Assembly: GCA_011364925.1 (NCBI GenBank)
Contig: RDOA01000017.1
Coordinates: forward strand, 1 to 64,000
From: Promethearchaeota archaeon
Lineage (GTDB): Archaea > Asgardarchaeota > Lokiarchaeia > Sigyniarchaeales > SOKP01
Direction: 5' to 3'
DNA length: 64,000 nucleotides
In this document: piece after piece, positions 39,013 to 47,744 of the stretch
How the letters are laid out: each line of letters opens with the position of its first letter
Numbering within the stretch: position 1 is the first letter of the stretch
Position numbers and translations under genes: made by a program
The notes under the pieces: generated by a model
What the model saw: only the letters and a program-made list of their open reading frames with translations
What the model was told of the DNA's origin: nothing
The model's database searches: none

Positions 39013-39921
39013 CTATTCTTGATTGCTCCTATTTCCTTTTTTATTTTCTTGTTTTATTCTTAATTCTTCAGCACGGTTTAGATCTTCTTCAGAAACCTTC
39101 AAATAATCCATGGTTTTTTTCTTGAAGATGCGACGTAAAGGCATGCCATAATAATAGCTGTCCCCTTTAGTTTTGTTATGTTTAGTGGCAGCTGCCATAG
39201 GTAAAAGATACGAGTTGTCGCTTAGAAGATTTCCCGGCCCAATCGTGTTAAACCCTGCCAATGTAACATTATCTCCCAGTACCACTTTGAAGTAAGAAAT
39301 GTTGCCAAATATTCCTTCTACAACATGCGACGCTAAAGCAGAATTAACCCCGACGTAGCAATTCTCTCCAATTTGCACATTCTTATCGGTCACCACCGAT
39401 TCCTCTAAAGTAGCTCCCCTTTTAATAACGCTGGTGCCTACAAAATTAAAAAACCAATTTGCGAACCAAGGAAACACACTTTTCATAAATGTATTTTTCC
39501 CATACTTTATCATGAACGATTTTATATGGTAATAATTAACAGCTTTGGAGGCAATATTACGCGGTATCACTCCATCTTTCGTCGGACTTCTTCTCTCCGC
39601 AAAACTCCAAAACATTCGAGTAATTAAACCAACGATAAATAAACGAGACAAATAACTAAAAACAATAACTAAAGGTAAAGCGAAAAAAGCCAATAATGAT
39701 TCTAAGTGAGTAAATAAAGCAACGAAACCGTTTACTAATAAAACATATGGAACGAAAATATATACAATGTAGAACATAAAAATCATTCCAGAGATGACGT
39801 AAGATAAATAGTAAATAATAAAGAAGATCATTAAATACCAATGAAACTGAAGCTTAATTTCTTCTTTTGGTACTTCTTTATCAGAATCCTCTTTTTCAGA
39901 AGCTTCACTTTCATCTAGCAC
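39013..39921 (-). CDS. 2TM-LbH acyltransferase-like subunit, class A (set 1, copy 1)
   Basis: SPTKDGVIPRNI, IGENCYVGVNSALASHVVEGIFGNI, YYGMP. Confidence 0.8.
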   Translation of the reverse strand: MLDESEASEKEDSDKEVPKEEIKLQFHWYLMIFFIIYYLSYVISGMIFMFYIVYIFVPYVLLVNGFVALFTHLESLLAFFALPLVIVFSYLSRLFIVGLITRMFWSFAERRSPTKDGVIPRNIASKAVNYYHIKSFMIKYGKNTFMKSVFPWFANWFFNFVGTSVIKRGATLEESVVTDKNVQIGENCYVGVNSALASHVVEGIFGNISYFKVVLGDNVTLAGFNTIGPGNLLSDNSYLLPMAAATKHNKTKGDSYYYGMPLRRIFKKKTMDYLKVSEEDLNRAEELRIKQENKKGNRSNQE

Positions 39922-40096
39922 ATTAATTTACCTTTCCTTTATTAATGATTCCAGATAGGTTCCCCTATAAAGCTTACTAGCATAACTTTGAATTGTTTAA
40001 TATAAATAATCATCTAGCAAATTTCAGTGTTGTTCTTTTAATTTAGCAAATTCTTCTTCACAAAAATGTCAACAAAGAGAGTATCCCCTTTTTAAT

Positions 40097-41983
40097 TTAA
40101 TCACTTTCGATAAATCTTCTTATTTCTTTTATTAAAACTATAGTTGTTAAAGAAATCAGTCCAAGTATCAAAAATATATCGTATCCAAAAATAAGTTCTG
40201 GTGGTGTTAAATCGTTGAATTCGATATATACAGGATAAAACCATTTTATTTGTAAAGGATTAGGGATCCATCCATGGACATTAGTTCTCCAGGCGCTATA
40301 ATAATTATCTGAGAAAAGTAGAATAGCTGGCAAATATTCCTCTACCATAAGTCTTTGAATTTCATTGTATATATGTTTTCTTATTGTAGGATCAGTTTCT
40401 GTGAGACCAGCCTCCATCAATGCTTGTACATCAGGTTCATAGAAATTACCACCATTTATATCTGATAGATTACTCCACAATGGATTTATAAAATTTTCTG
40501 GGTCGTAGTATTCTGGTAACCATCCCAGCATATACATGTTTAATCTATGCCTATTAAGAGTTATACTATCAAGCCAATCGAGAAATGTGACATATAAAAC
40601 CTCTATTTTAACTCCTATATATTCCGTATCAGAAGCTAATCTATTAGCAATAAGAGGTATTTTTGGATTACTAGTTATCAATGTTGTGAAGTTATAATGT
40701 TCAAGAGGAGCTGGCCCATTTGCGAGATTTAACCACGCAGAATCAGGACTATCATCCGTTATACCAACCCCTGCAAGTATTGGTCCATAATATGGATCAT
40801 CAAGGAGGAAATGTCTTGCTAATTCACGGTCAAATTGAGGAGCATTTAAGCTGTAGTTAGCGTATGAGATACCGAAAGGAATATAAGTCGGTAATCTAAC
40901 AGCTAATCCTTTATAAGCCACATCCAATATGGAAGAATAGTTCAAACACCATGAAATTGCTTTTCTCATTGTTAAATTAATAAGAAGATAATTAAAGATA
41001 ACCCATGTACTGGCTAGGGTATTTCCAATATAACTTATTTCGATATTAGGATCAGCTTGGAATTGAGGTATGAAGCTTGGATCAATTTTATCTATAATGG
41101 CAACAGGACCCCATGCTAGAAGATCAATTAAAATCTTATCATCTGGTACAATCAAATATATTAACGATTCAAGTTGAGTAGTACCTGTATTATCAGGAGT
41201 ACCCCAATAGTCCGGATTGGAAGCGAACTTTACCTCAACGTCTGGTATAAATCCTATATATTTGAATGGCCCAGAACCTATCAATGTATCATTCAATTGA
41301 TAATAATCAAGAGGAGGTGTTGATTTTGGCGACAATATACCAGAACCAAATTGAGCTAAAAGAGATAGGAATGATGCTTTTGGCGCATTTAATGTAATTC
41401 TAATGGAATAAAGACTGAGGACATCAGTTTTGTTAATAATTCGTTTTCCGTCGGATTGTATATAAAGAGATTGTAATTTAGTTGGTTGTATATGTGCAGG
41501 AAGTGGGACATTAAATGGTACTGGCAGATCTGAATTACCTGAATAATTTATGAAATAACATAATCTATCGAAACTCCATTTAACGGCTGTTGCGTTCAAT
41601 GTAGCGTTATCATGGAATACAATCCCTTGTCTGAGCGTAATGATATATTCAGTTCCATTAGACGAAATTGAAGGGAAACTTGATGCTAACCATGGAATAA
41701 GGGGAAGGGTAGGGTCCGAGAGATTAAACTGATAGAGATGTTCAACAACTTGATTAATTACATCATTTGAAGACCAATCGTAGGCATTGTGAGGATCTAA
41801 GTCCACAATGTTTCCTTGTTCTGTACCAAAAATAAGTGATTGGGCTGATGGTGCAGATGATTTAAGAAAAGATTTATCATAATACTCTTGATATTTCTGA
41901 ATTCTTCTGGTTAATATACTGGATATTACTAAATTACATCCCAACAGTAAGAAAACTATTAATACCTTAATTTCTCTTTTCAT
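40097..41983 (-). CDS. ABC-type family 5 solute-binding protein with C-terminal Loki-CTERM-like anchor
   Basis: DLDPH, LRQGIVFHD..LNATAVKWSFDR, IGSGPF, MRKAIS; C-terminus IFGYDIFLILGLISLTTIVLIKEIRR. Confidence 0.88.
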   Translation of the reverse strand: MKREIKVLIVFLLLGCNLVISSILTRRIQKYQEYYDKSFLKSSAPSAQSLIFGTEQGNIVDLDPHNAYDWSSNDVINQVVEHLYQFNLSDPTLPLIPWLASSFPSISSNGTEYIITLRQGIVFHDNATLNATAVKWSFDRLCYFINYSGNSDLPVPFNVPLPAHIQPTKLQSLYIQSDGKRIINKTDVLSLYSIRITLNAPKASFLSLLAQFGSGILSPKSTPPLDYYQLNDTLIGSGPFKYIGFIPDVEVKFASNPDYWGTPDNTGTTQLESLIYLIVPDDKILIDLLAWGPVAIIDKIDPSFIPQFQADPNIEISYIGNTLASTWVIFNYLLINLTMRKAISWCLNYSSILDVAYKGLAVRLPTYIPFGISYANYSLNAPQFDRELARHFLLDDPYYGPILAGVGITDDSPDSAWLNLANGPAPLEHYNFTTLITSNPKIPLIANRLASDTEYIGVKIEVLYVTFLDWLDSITLNRHRLNMYMLGWLPEYYDPENFINPLWSNLSDINGGNFYEPDVQALMEAGLTETDPTIRKHIYNEIQRLMVEEYLPAILLFSDNYYSAWRTNVHGWIPNPLQIKWFYPVYIEFNDLTPPELIFGYDIFLILGLISLTTIVLIKEIRRFIESD

Positions 41984-42507
41984 TTGTATAATTATTAAAT
42001 CTATAGGTTCAAATATTATGATAATAGTTTGCTATTTATTTCTTTTGAGATAAAAAAGATAAGAATATCGTAAAATTAAGAAATAAAAAATTTAATCAGA
42101 TATATGCAATTTCTAATACGCCCTCCCCGTCAAAAATTCAAATTACTCTATATAGTACCTAACGATAAAAAATTATAAATTAAGCAATCAATTTTTGTTT
42201 AAAAGGAATGCGCTATTCATTAAATTAATAATATCGACATAATTTCGACTCAATCTTATAAAATACTTATACGAAAAAAGCGGTAAAAATTAATGCGTGA
42301 ATTACTAATTAATACATAGAACTAACAGATTAACCCGATTCTTAAATTTAAGAGGTTCATCAATCGCTTAATATTTTTCGAACATTATCTTTATATTCAA
42401 TTAAAACTTAATTTAAAAATTAGGTTAAGGCATTATAAAATGGGAGTTTATTATAACTGCCGATAAAATTACGGTATTAATCGTTATCGCAATCAAAAGG
42501 TAGAAAA

Positions 42508-44748
42508 ATGACTGATAATTCGTTTTCGTTAGTAGATTTGTATCCAAAATATGTTATCAACTCGAAGGGTGAAAAGAAAAAGTTTGATGTGACCAACATC
42601 GCTAAAGTACTAAATAAAGAAACCGGACTCGATATAAACATCGCAGAAAAGGTAACAGAAGACGTTATCCGTATTATTATAGGACTTGGATACGAGGAAA
42701 TCACCACCAACTACATTAGAGAATTGGTATGCGTGGAGTTAACCCAAAGAGGCTTGAACAAGTATCGAAATTTATTCGCGCGAGCTATTAATCTCGAAAA
42801 CATCTCGTTCAAGTTGGACGAAGATTTTATGAAAAACTTCAAGGGGAAACAACCTGAGTGGGGACCTTTAGGTTACATTACGTATAAAAGAACGTACGCG
42901 AGAATCATCGAAGGAGAAGGTAGGAAAGAAGAATTCTGGGAAACAATTAGAAGAGTTGTGGAAGGATGTTATTCTATTCAGAAGGAGCATTGCATAAAGT
43001 TAAGTTTACCCTGGAGTGATTCAAAAGCTCAACGATCTGCGCAAAAAATGTTTACGAAAATTTGGAATTTTAAGCTTTTACCACCTGGTAGAGGACTCTG
43101 GATGATGGGAACGGAATTCATCGCTCGACATGGTTCTATGTCGCTAAATAACTGTGGCTTTGCCTCGACAGAGGATATTGACCTAAAATATTCCAAAGCT
43201 TTTGCCTTCGTTATGGACGCTTTAATGTTAGGTGTCGGCGTCGGTTTTGATACCAAGGGGGCGGGAAAAGTCGTTATAAAAAAACCAAAAGAGGAGTTAC
43301 TCACTTTTCAAATTCCCGATAGCAGGGAAGGTTGGGTAGAAGCTTTACAAAGAGTCTTAGATGCGTATTTCTTAGGAAAACCTCTTCCAGAATTTGATTT
43401 CAGCTCAATACGACCCGCGGGGGACCCCATTCGAGGATTTGGGGGGATCGCTAGTGGTCCCAATCCATTAAAGGAAATGTTAAAGGATATTCAGAAGATT
43501 TTGGAGGCTCGAATCGGTCAGAAAATAACTTCAATTGATATTTTAGACATTATGAATCTTATTGGGAAATGTGTTGTTGCGGGAAATGTAAGACGTAGTG
43601 CTGAAATAGCGCTAGGCGATCCCACAGATCTTGATTTCGTTACCTCAAAACAAGACGAAGAGAAGCTATATTCTCATAGATGGGCAAGCAACAATAGTAT
43701 TTTTGCCTTTAAAGGATTAGATTATTCCTTTATCGCAGATCAAATCGCTGTGAATGGTGAACCCGGAGTATTTTGGTTGGATAACGCGAAAGCATATTCT
43801 CGAATGAAAGATGAACCAGATTATAAAGATAAAAAAGCTGCCGGCGTGAATCCTTGCGGAGAACAAACCCTAGAATCTTTCGAACTTTGCTGCCTTGTAG
43901 AAACTTTTCCCTCACACCATGATTCGTACGAAGAATTCAGAGAAACTCTAAAGTTTGCCTATTTATACGCTAAGTCGGTGACTCTCGTTAACACTCATTG
44001 GCAAGAAACTAACGCGGTTATGCTAAAAAATCGACGAATGGGAATATCCCAGACGGGGATAATCGAAGCGTTTGTAAAGCACGGGAGACGGACTATGCTC
44101 GAATGGTGCAATAAAGGGTATAGTTATTTACAGAGTTTAGACGAACAATACTCAGGTTGGCTTTGCATCCCAAGGAGTATTAAAATAACCACGGTTAAGC
44201 CGAGTGGAACTGTCAGTCTTCTACCTGGCGTTCCTCCTGGAATTCATTACCCTCATTCTGAATATTACATCCGAAGGATACGCATTTCTAAAAATTCTGA
44301 TCTAATCAAACCTATCAAAAAAGCAGGATACTTCGTCGAAGACGATCTTTATTCGCCCAATACAGTAGTAGTTGAATTTCCCGTCCACGAGAAGTATTTT
44401 GATCGCTCTAAAAACGAAGTTTCAATATGGGAACAAGCAGAAAATGCGGCTGATTATCAAAAGTATTGGTCGGACAACCAAGTATCAATTACTATCACGT
44501 TTAAACCCGAAGAGGCAAATCAAATTAGACACGTTCTTGAATGCTTTGAAGACAAGCTGAAAAGCGCGAGTTTTCTGCCAATAAAAGAACACGGATATAA
44601 GCAAGCACCTTACGAGGAAATTACTAAAGAGAAGTACGAAGAGATGATAGCTCAAATTAAGCCACTGTCTCTCGATGAGACAAAAGATAGGGCAATTGGA
44701 GAAAAATTTTGTGACTCTGATCGATGCGAAGTTAATTTAAAACTATAA
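42508..44748 (+). CDS. nrdJ: Class II (adenosylcobalamin) ribonucleotide reductase, RTPR/monomeric type, with N-terminal ATP cone
   Basis: ATP cone (VINSKGEKKKFD..IRELVCVEL), PPGRGLW, NNC, GNVRRSA, NPCGE, CCLVE, VKPSGT, C-terminal CDSDRC. Confidence 0.92.
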   Translation: MTDNSFSLVDLYPKYVINSKGEKKKFDVTNIAKVLNKETGLDINIAEKVTEDVIRIIIGLGYEEITTNYIRELVCVELTQRGLNKYRNLFARAINLENISFKLDEDFMKNFKGKQPEWGPLGYITYKRTYARIIEGEGRKEEFWETIRRVVEGCYSIQKEHCIKLSLPWSDSKAQRSAQKMFTKIWNFKLLPPGRGLWMMGTEFIARHGSMSLNNCGFASTEDIDLKYSKAFAFVMDALMLGVGVGFDTKGAGKVVIKKPKEELLTFQIPDSREGWVEALQRVLDAYFLGKPLPEFDFSSIRPAGDPIRGFGGIASGPNPLKEMLKDIQKILEARIGQKITSIDILDIMNLIGKCVVAGNVRRSAEIALGDPTDLDFVTSKQDEEKLYSHRWASNNSIFAFKGLDYSFIADQIAVNGEPGVFWLDNAKAYSRMKDEPDYKDKKAAGVNPCGEQTLESFELCCLVETFPSHHDSYEEFRETLKFAYLYAKSVTLVNTHWQETNAVMLKNRRMGISQTGIIEAFVKHGRRTMLEWCNKGYSYLQSLDEQYSGWLCIPRSIKITTVKPSGTVSLLPGVPPGIHYPHSEYYIRRIRISKNSDLIKPIKKAGYFVEDDLYSPNTVVVEFPVHEKYFDRSKNEVSIWEQAENAADYQKYWSDNQVSITITFKPEEANQIRHVLECFEDKLKSASFLPIKEHGYKQAPYEEITKEKYEEMIAQIKPLSLDETKDRAIGEKFCDSDRCEVNLKL

Positions 44749-44862
44749 ACTATACTGTTTCCTTACACATTTATATGTAATTTAGTTTAATCAACAGTAT
44801 TGATAACTCTTTTAAGCTAAATTACCTATTTTATCTATAACAATATTTAGTGGTGAAATTTC

Positions 44863-45906
44863 TTGGATCTTCCTTATGAAGCAGTAGTTAATGGCATTTC
44901 TGTAACGATTTTTGTTATTGTTGGATGGATTATAGGTATTGCTTTTATAGCAAAATCCAGAAGTAGTCAAGCAAAGCTTCTTTTCTACTATGGTTTGGGG
45001 CTAATATTTGGTGTTTCAAACTGGTTAGGAACATTCCTTGATTTTATATTTGTTATTTTTACCAATGAAAACATAGGTATTATGCTGGCAATCTTAGGAT
45101 ATGCTACAATGCCAATAGGAGTAATTTTTGTGATGTATGTTTTCGCTGAGTTAATCCTACCACAAAAAAAATATTTAATATTATCACTTTACCTTATTTT
45201 AGGGATTATTTTTGAAATCCTACTTTTAATAAATCCGACTTACTCAATTAATATTACTTATCCTTCAGTTTCAGGTTCAGATCTAATAGAGCTATCTGTA
45301 AAGCTTGGAACTCCCCTCTTCTTCTTGAGTTTAATTTTTCAAATGTCTATTTTAATATTTCTTGGATTTGGGTTTTTGATCAAAAGCTTTTTATCAAAAG
45401 GATTACTAAGAAAGAAGTTCTTATTACTATCAATAGGGTGGTTTATCTTTGTGGTATGTGCTATGATTGACAATTTAATCGATCCTGGTGTTTTTATAAT
45501 ACTAGTAAGAATAGGCCTTATAAGCAATGGATATTTCTCTTACATGGGATTAAGGGAAGAACCTATAAAAACCGAGAATAGCAAAGCAACAAAGGAAGTT
45601 GAAATCGAGAAATCTCTTTTTAGACTCTATAAAAACAGAGCTGGGGTTACAGAAGAAGAAATTATATATCATCGGGAAAAGAAAATTTGTTTGATTTGTA
45701 AGAGTCCAGCAATTAAGTATACATATATATGTCCTAAATGTGAAGCTCTTTATTGTCAAAATTGTGCCCAAACCTTAGAAAGTATTGAAAACGCTTGTTG
45801 GGTGTGTTTAACTCCAATCGATGAAAATAAACCAACCAAACCGTATATTGAACGTAAACAAAAGTTAAAAGTTGGGTTTGAAGACAAAAAGAAATTGAAA
45901 GAATAA
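44863..45906 (+). CDS. 7TM-like membrane protein with C-terminal C4C4 RING-like zinc finger
   Basis: Seven hydrophobic segments followed by CLIC-x10-CPKC-x4-CQNC-x10-CWVC. Confidence 0.75.
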   Translation: MDLPYEAVVNGISVTIFVIVGWIIGIAFIAKSRSSQAKLLFYYGLGLIFGVSNWLGTFLDFIFVIFTNENIGIMLAILGYATMPIGVIFVMYVFAELILPQKKYLILSLYLILGIIFEILLLINPTYSINITYPSVSGSDLIELSVKLGTPLFFLSLIFQMSILIFLGFGFLIKSFLSKGLLRKKFLLLSIGWFIFVVCAMIDNLIDPGVFIILVRIGLISNGYFSYMGLREEPIKTENSKATKEVEIEKSLFRLYKNRAGVTEEEIIYHREKKICLICKSPAIKYTYICPKCEALYCQNCAQTLESIENACWVCLTPIDENKPTKPYIERKQKLKVGFEDKKKLKE

Positions 45907-46038
45907 CTTACAGTTCAATTTTTTCCCTATTTTATTTAATTGATGTGAATAAAATTTTTAACCGCAAATCATATTATTATTACTAACAAATTTATTTTTT
46001 AAAAACATAAATAGCTGAAATCATAAAAGTGATAATTT

Positions 46039-46959
46039 ATGGAAAATGATCCAGAAGAGGATAATAAAACAAGGAAAGAACGGGAAAAAGCAAGGGCAAC
46101 TCCTGAAAAGGAAAAGAAAGCTGCAAAAACTCCTGATGCCAAACTACCCGAAGCTCCTAAAACTCCTACCAAAAAAATAGTTTATAAGAGATTAAACATA
46201 AATTTTTGGAGAACGCGATTACACGACGAAGAGTTAGGAGTTCATCAACAGTTGAAATATACTGCAAAAACTCGTTGGTTTTCTAAGAATTTTGATATTG
46301 AAGGTGTTATAGAGGAAGACAACGAAAAGAAGTATATAATTGCGTTTAATAAACAGGAATGGGAGGAAGGACCATTTGAAAATAAAAGACTCGTGTGTAG
46401 ATACTTTACAATAATGGAGGAAACAATTGATGCTAAAGCAAAAGGAGGTAACTTTAAAGGTGGTGTAGAATTAAGCGTCCTCCATTCTCTCGTTCAGAGT
46501 TTCGAGGTTAGACACGCCGCACCCGTTTTTTTCGCGCAAATTCCTGGCTTAATGGTCTTGATTCGTTTTGTAAGAGGATGGAGATTAATCGGAACTCGTT
46601 GGAGTTTCCCACTCCTTCCTGAACAAAAAGGCGACAAATTACAAATAGTACACGCACGAGGTGTTGTCGGCCCCGGCAGAAACTATAAATTGCGCATTGG
46701 AAAGAAGTTAATAGCACGAGTGGACGGACATCCAATACAAAAAGAATTTGCAGTTGAAATTTACGACGAAGATTACGCAAAAGATAAGACATTTGTAAAA
46801 TACATGACATTATTCGCAATGGCGTGCAATTTTATGGACGAATCAATAAAAGTCGTCAAACGATTATATAAAAAGATGAAATCTAATGGAACTTCGGATT
46901 ATAAACCCCCCAAAACTGAAATGGATTTGTTTAGGAATCCACGAATGATGAGAAGATAA
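46039..46959 (+). CDS. Hypothetical protein, possible tubby-C/LURP-one-like beta-barrel with disordered N-terminus
   Basis: Charged Pro-rich N-terminus; GRNYKLRIGKKLIARVDG..FAVEIYD followed by a hydrophobic helix. Fold call is tentative. Confidence 0.4.
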   Translation: MENDPEEDNKTRKEREKARATPEKEKKAAKTPDAKLPEAPKTPTKKIVYKRLNINFWRTRLHDEELGVHQQLKYTAKTRWFSKNFDIEGVIEEDNEKKYIIAFNKQEWEEGPFENKRLVCRYFTIMEETIDAKAKGGNFKGGVELSVLHSLVQSFEVRHAAPVFFAQIPGLMVLIRFVRGWRLIGTRWSFPLLPEQKGDKLQIVHARGVVGPGRNYKLRIGKKLIARVDGHPIQKEFAVEIYDEDYAKDKTFVKYMTLFAMACNFMDESIKVVKRLYKKMKSNGTSDYKPPKTEMDLFRNPRMMRR

Positions 46960-47128
46960 ATACATAATAATACAATTATAAACTTTTTTTATTTCTTAAT
47001 TTTCTGAGTCCTAAATTATACATAATACAAGCAAAAATTGCAGATTGTTTTATATAATTAATTATATCTAAGTGAAATAAAAAAATCAAAAATTTTTTTC
47101 TCAAGAAGAAAGGAGGCTAGTCCATCAA

Positions 47129-47701
47129 ATGAATGAGGTTTTTAACATAGTTACAAAGCCAAAAGCCAAATTATATAAGAAATTTCCCCTCTCTAGGGTA
47201 TTCGTTTATGAATTTTCAACAATTCTCCATTATTTGGTAGGAGGGTTAGGATTAATTATAGGGTATTCATTTTTACAGTTGGGATATATGATAGGTTTAA
47301 TCTACATTATCTTTGCTTTTTTACAGATGTATATTCTTATGCCGTTAACTGTGTGTCCAAATTGTGTATATTATAGAATGGATGGATCACGATGCGTTTC
47401 GGGTTTGAATATAATTTCGAGAAAATTGGCAAAGGAAGGAAGGCAAGAAGATTTTCAAAAAAGAGCAGAAGGTTTATTTTGCTACAATAATATCTATATG
47501 GTCGCGTTATTCTTTCCTATTGTTGCTGTGATTCCTGCTCTAATTTTAAACTTCTCTCTATTTCTGTTAATCCCGTTTTTAGTAGTTCTCGGATTGTTGA
47601 TCTTCCGTTTCTTTGTGATTTTTCCGAAAATCGCATGTCTGCACTGCAACGCAAAATTTACCTGCCCTATTGGTGAAAAAATAGGCGTTCGAGACAAGTA
47701 G
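47129..47701 (+). CDS. 4TM membrane protein with two Cys clusters
   Basis: VCPNCVYY..RC and ACLHCNAKFTCP next to TM pairs. Confidence 0.7.
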   Translation: MNEVFNIVTKPKAKLYKKFPLSRVFVYEFSTILHYLVGGLGLIIGYSFLQLGYMIGLIYIIFAFLQMYILMPLTVCPNCVYYRMDGSRCVSGLNIISRKLAKEGRQEDFQKRAEGLFCYNNIYMVALFFPIVAVIPALILNFSLFLLIPFLVVLGLLIFRFFVIFPKIACLHCNAKFTCPIGEKIGVRDK

Positions 47702-47744
47702 TATAATGAAAGAAATGTGGGAATAAGGAAATCTATATTATGAA

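Noticed and set aside
41984-42507. Cobalamin riboswitch or small ORF upstream of nrdJ
   Set aside because: The region is very AT-rich with no recognisable B12-box or stable helices; the short ORF near 42104 has no motif support.
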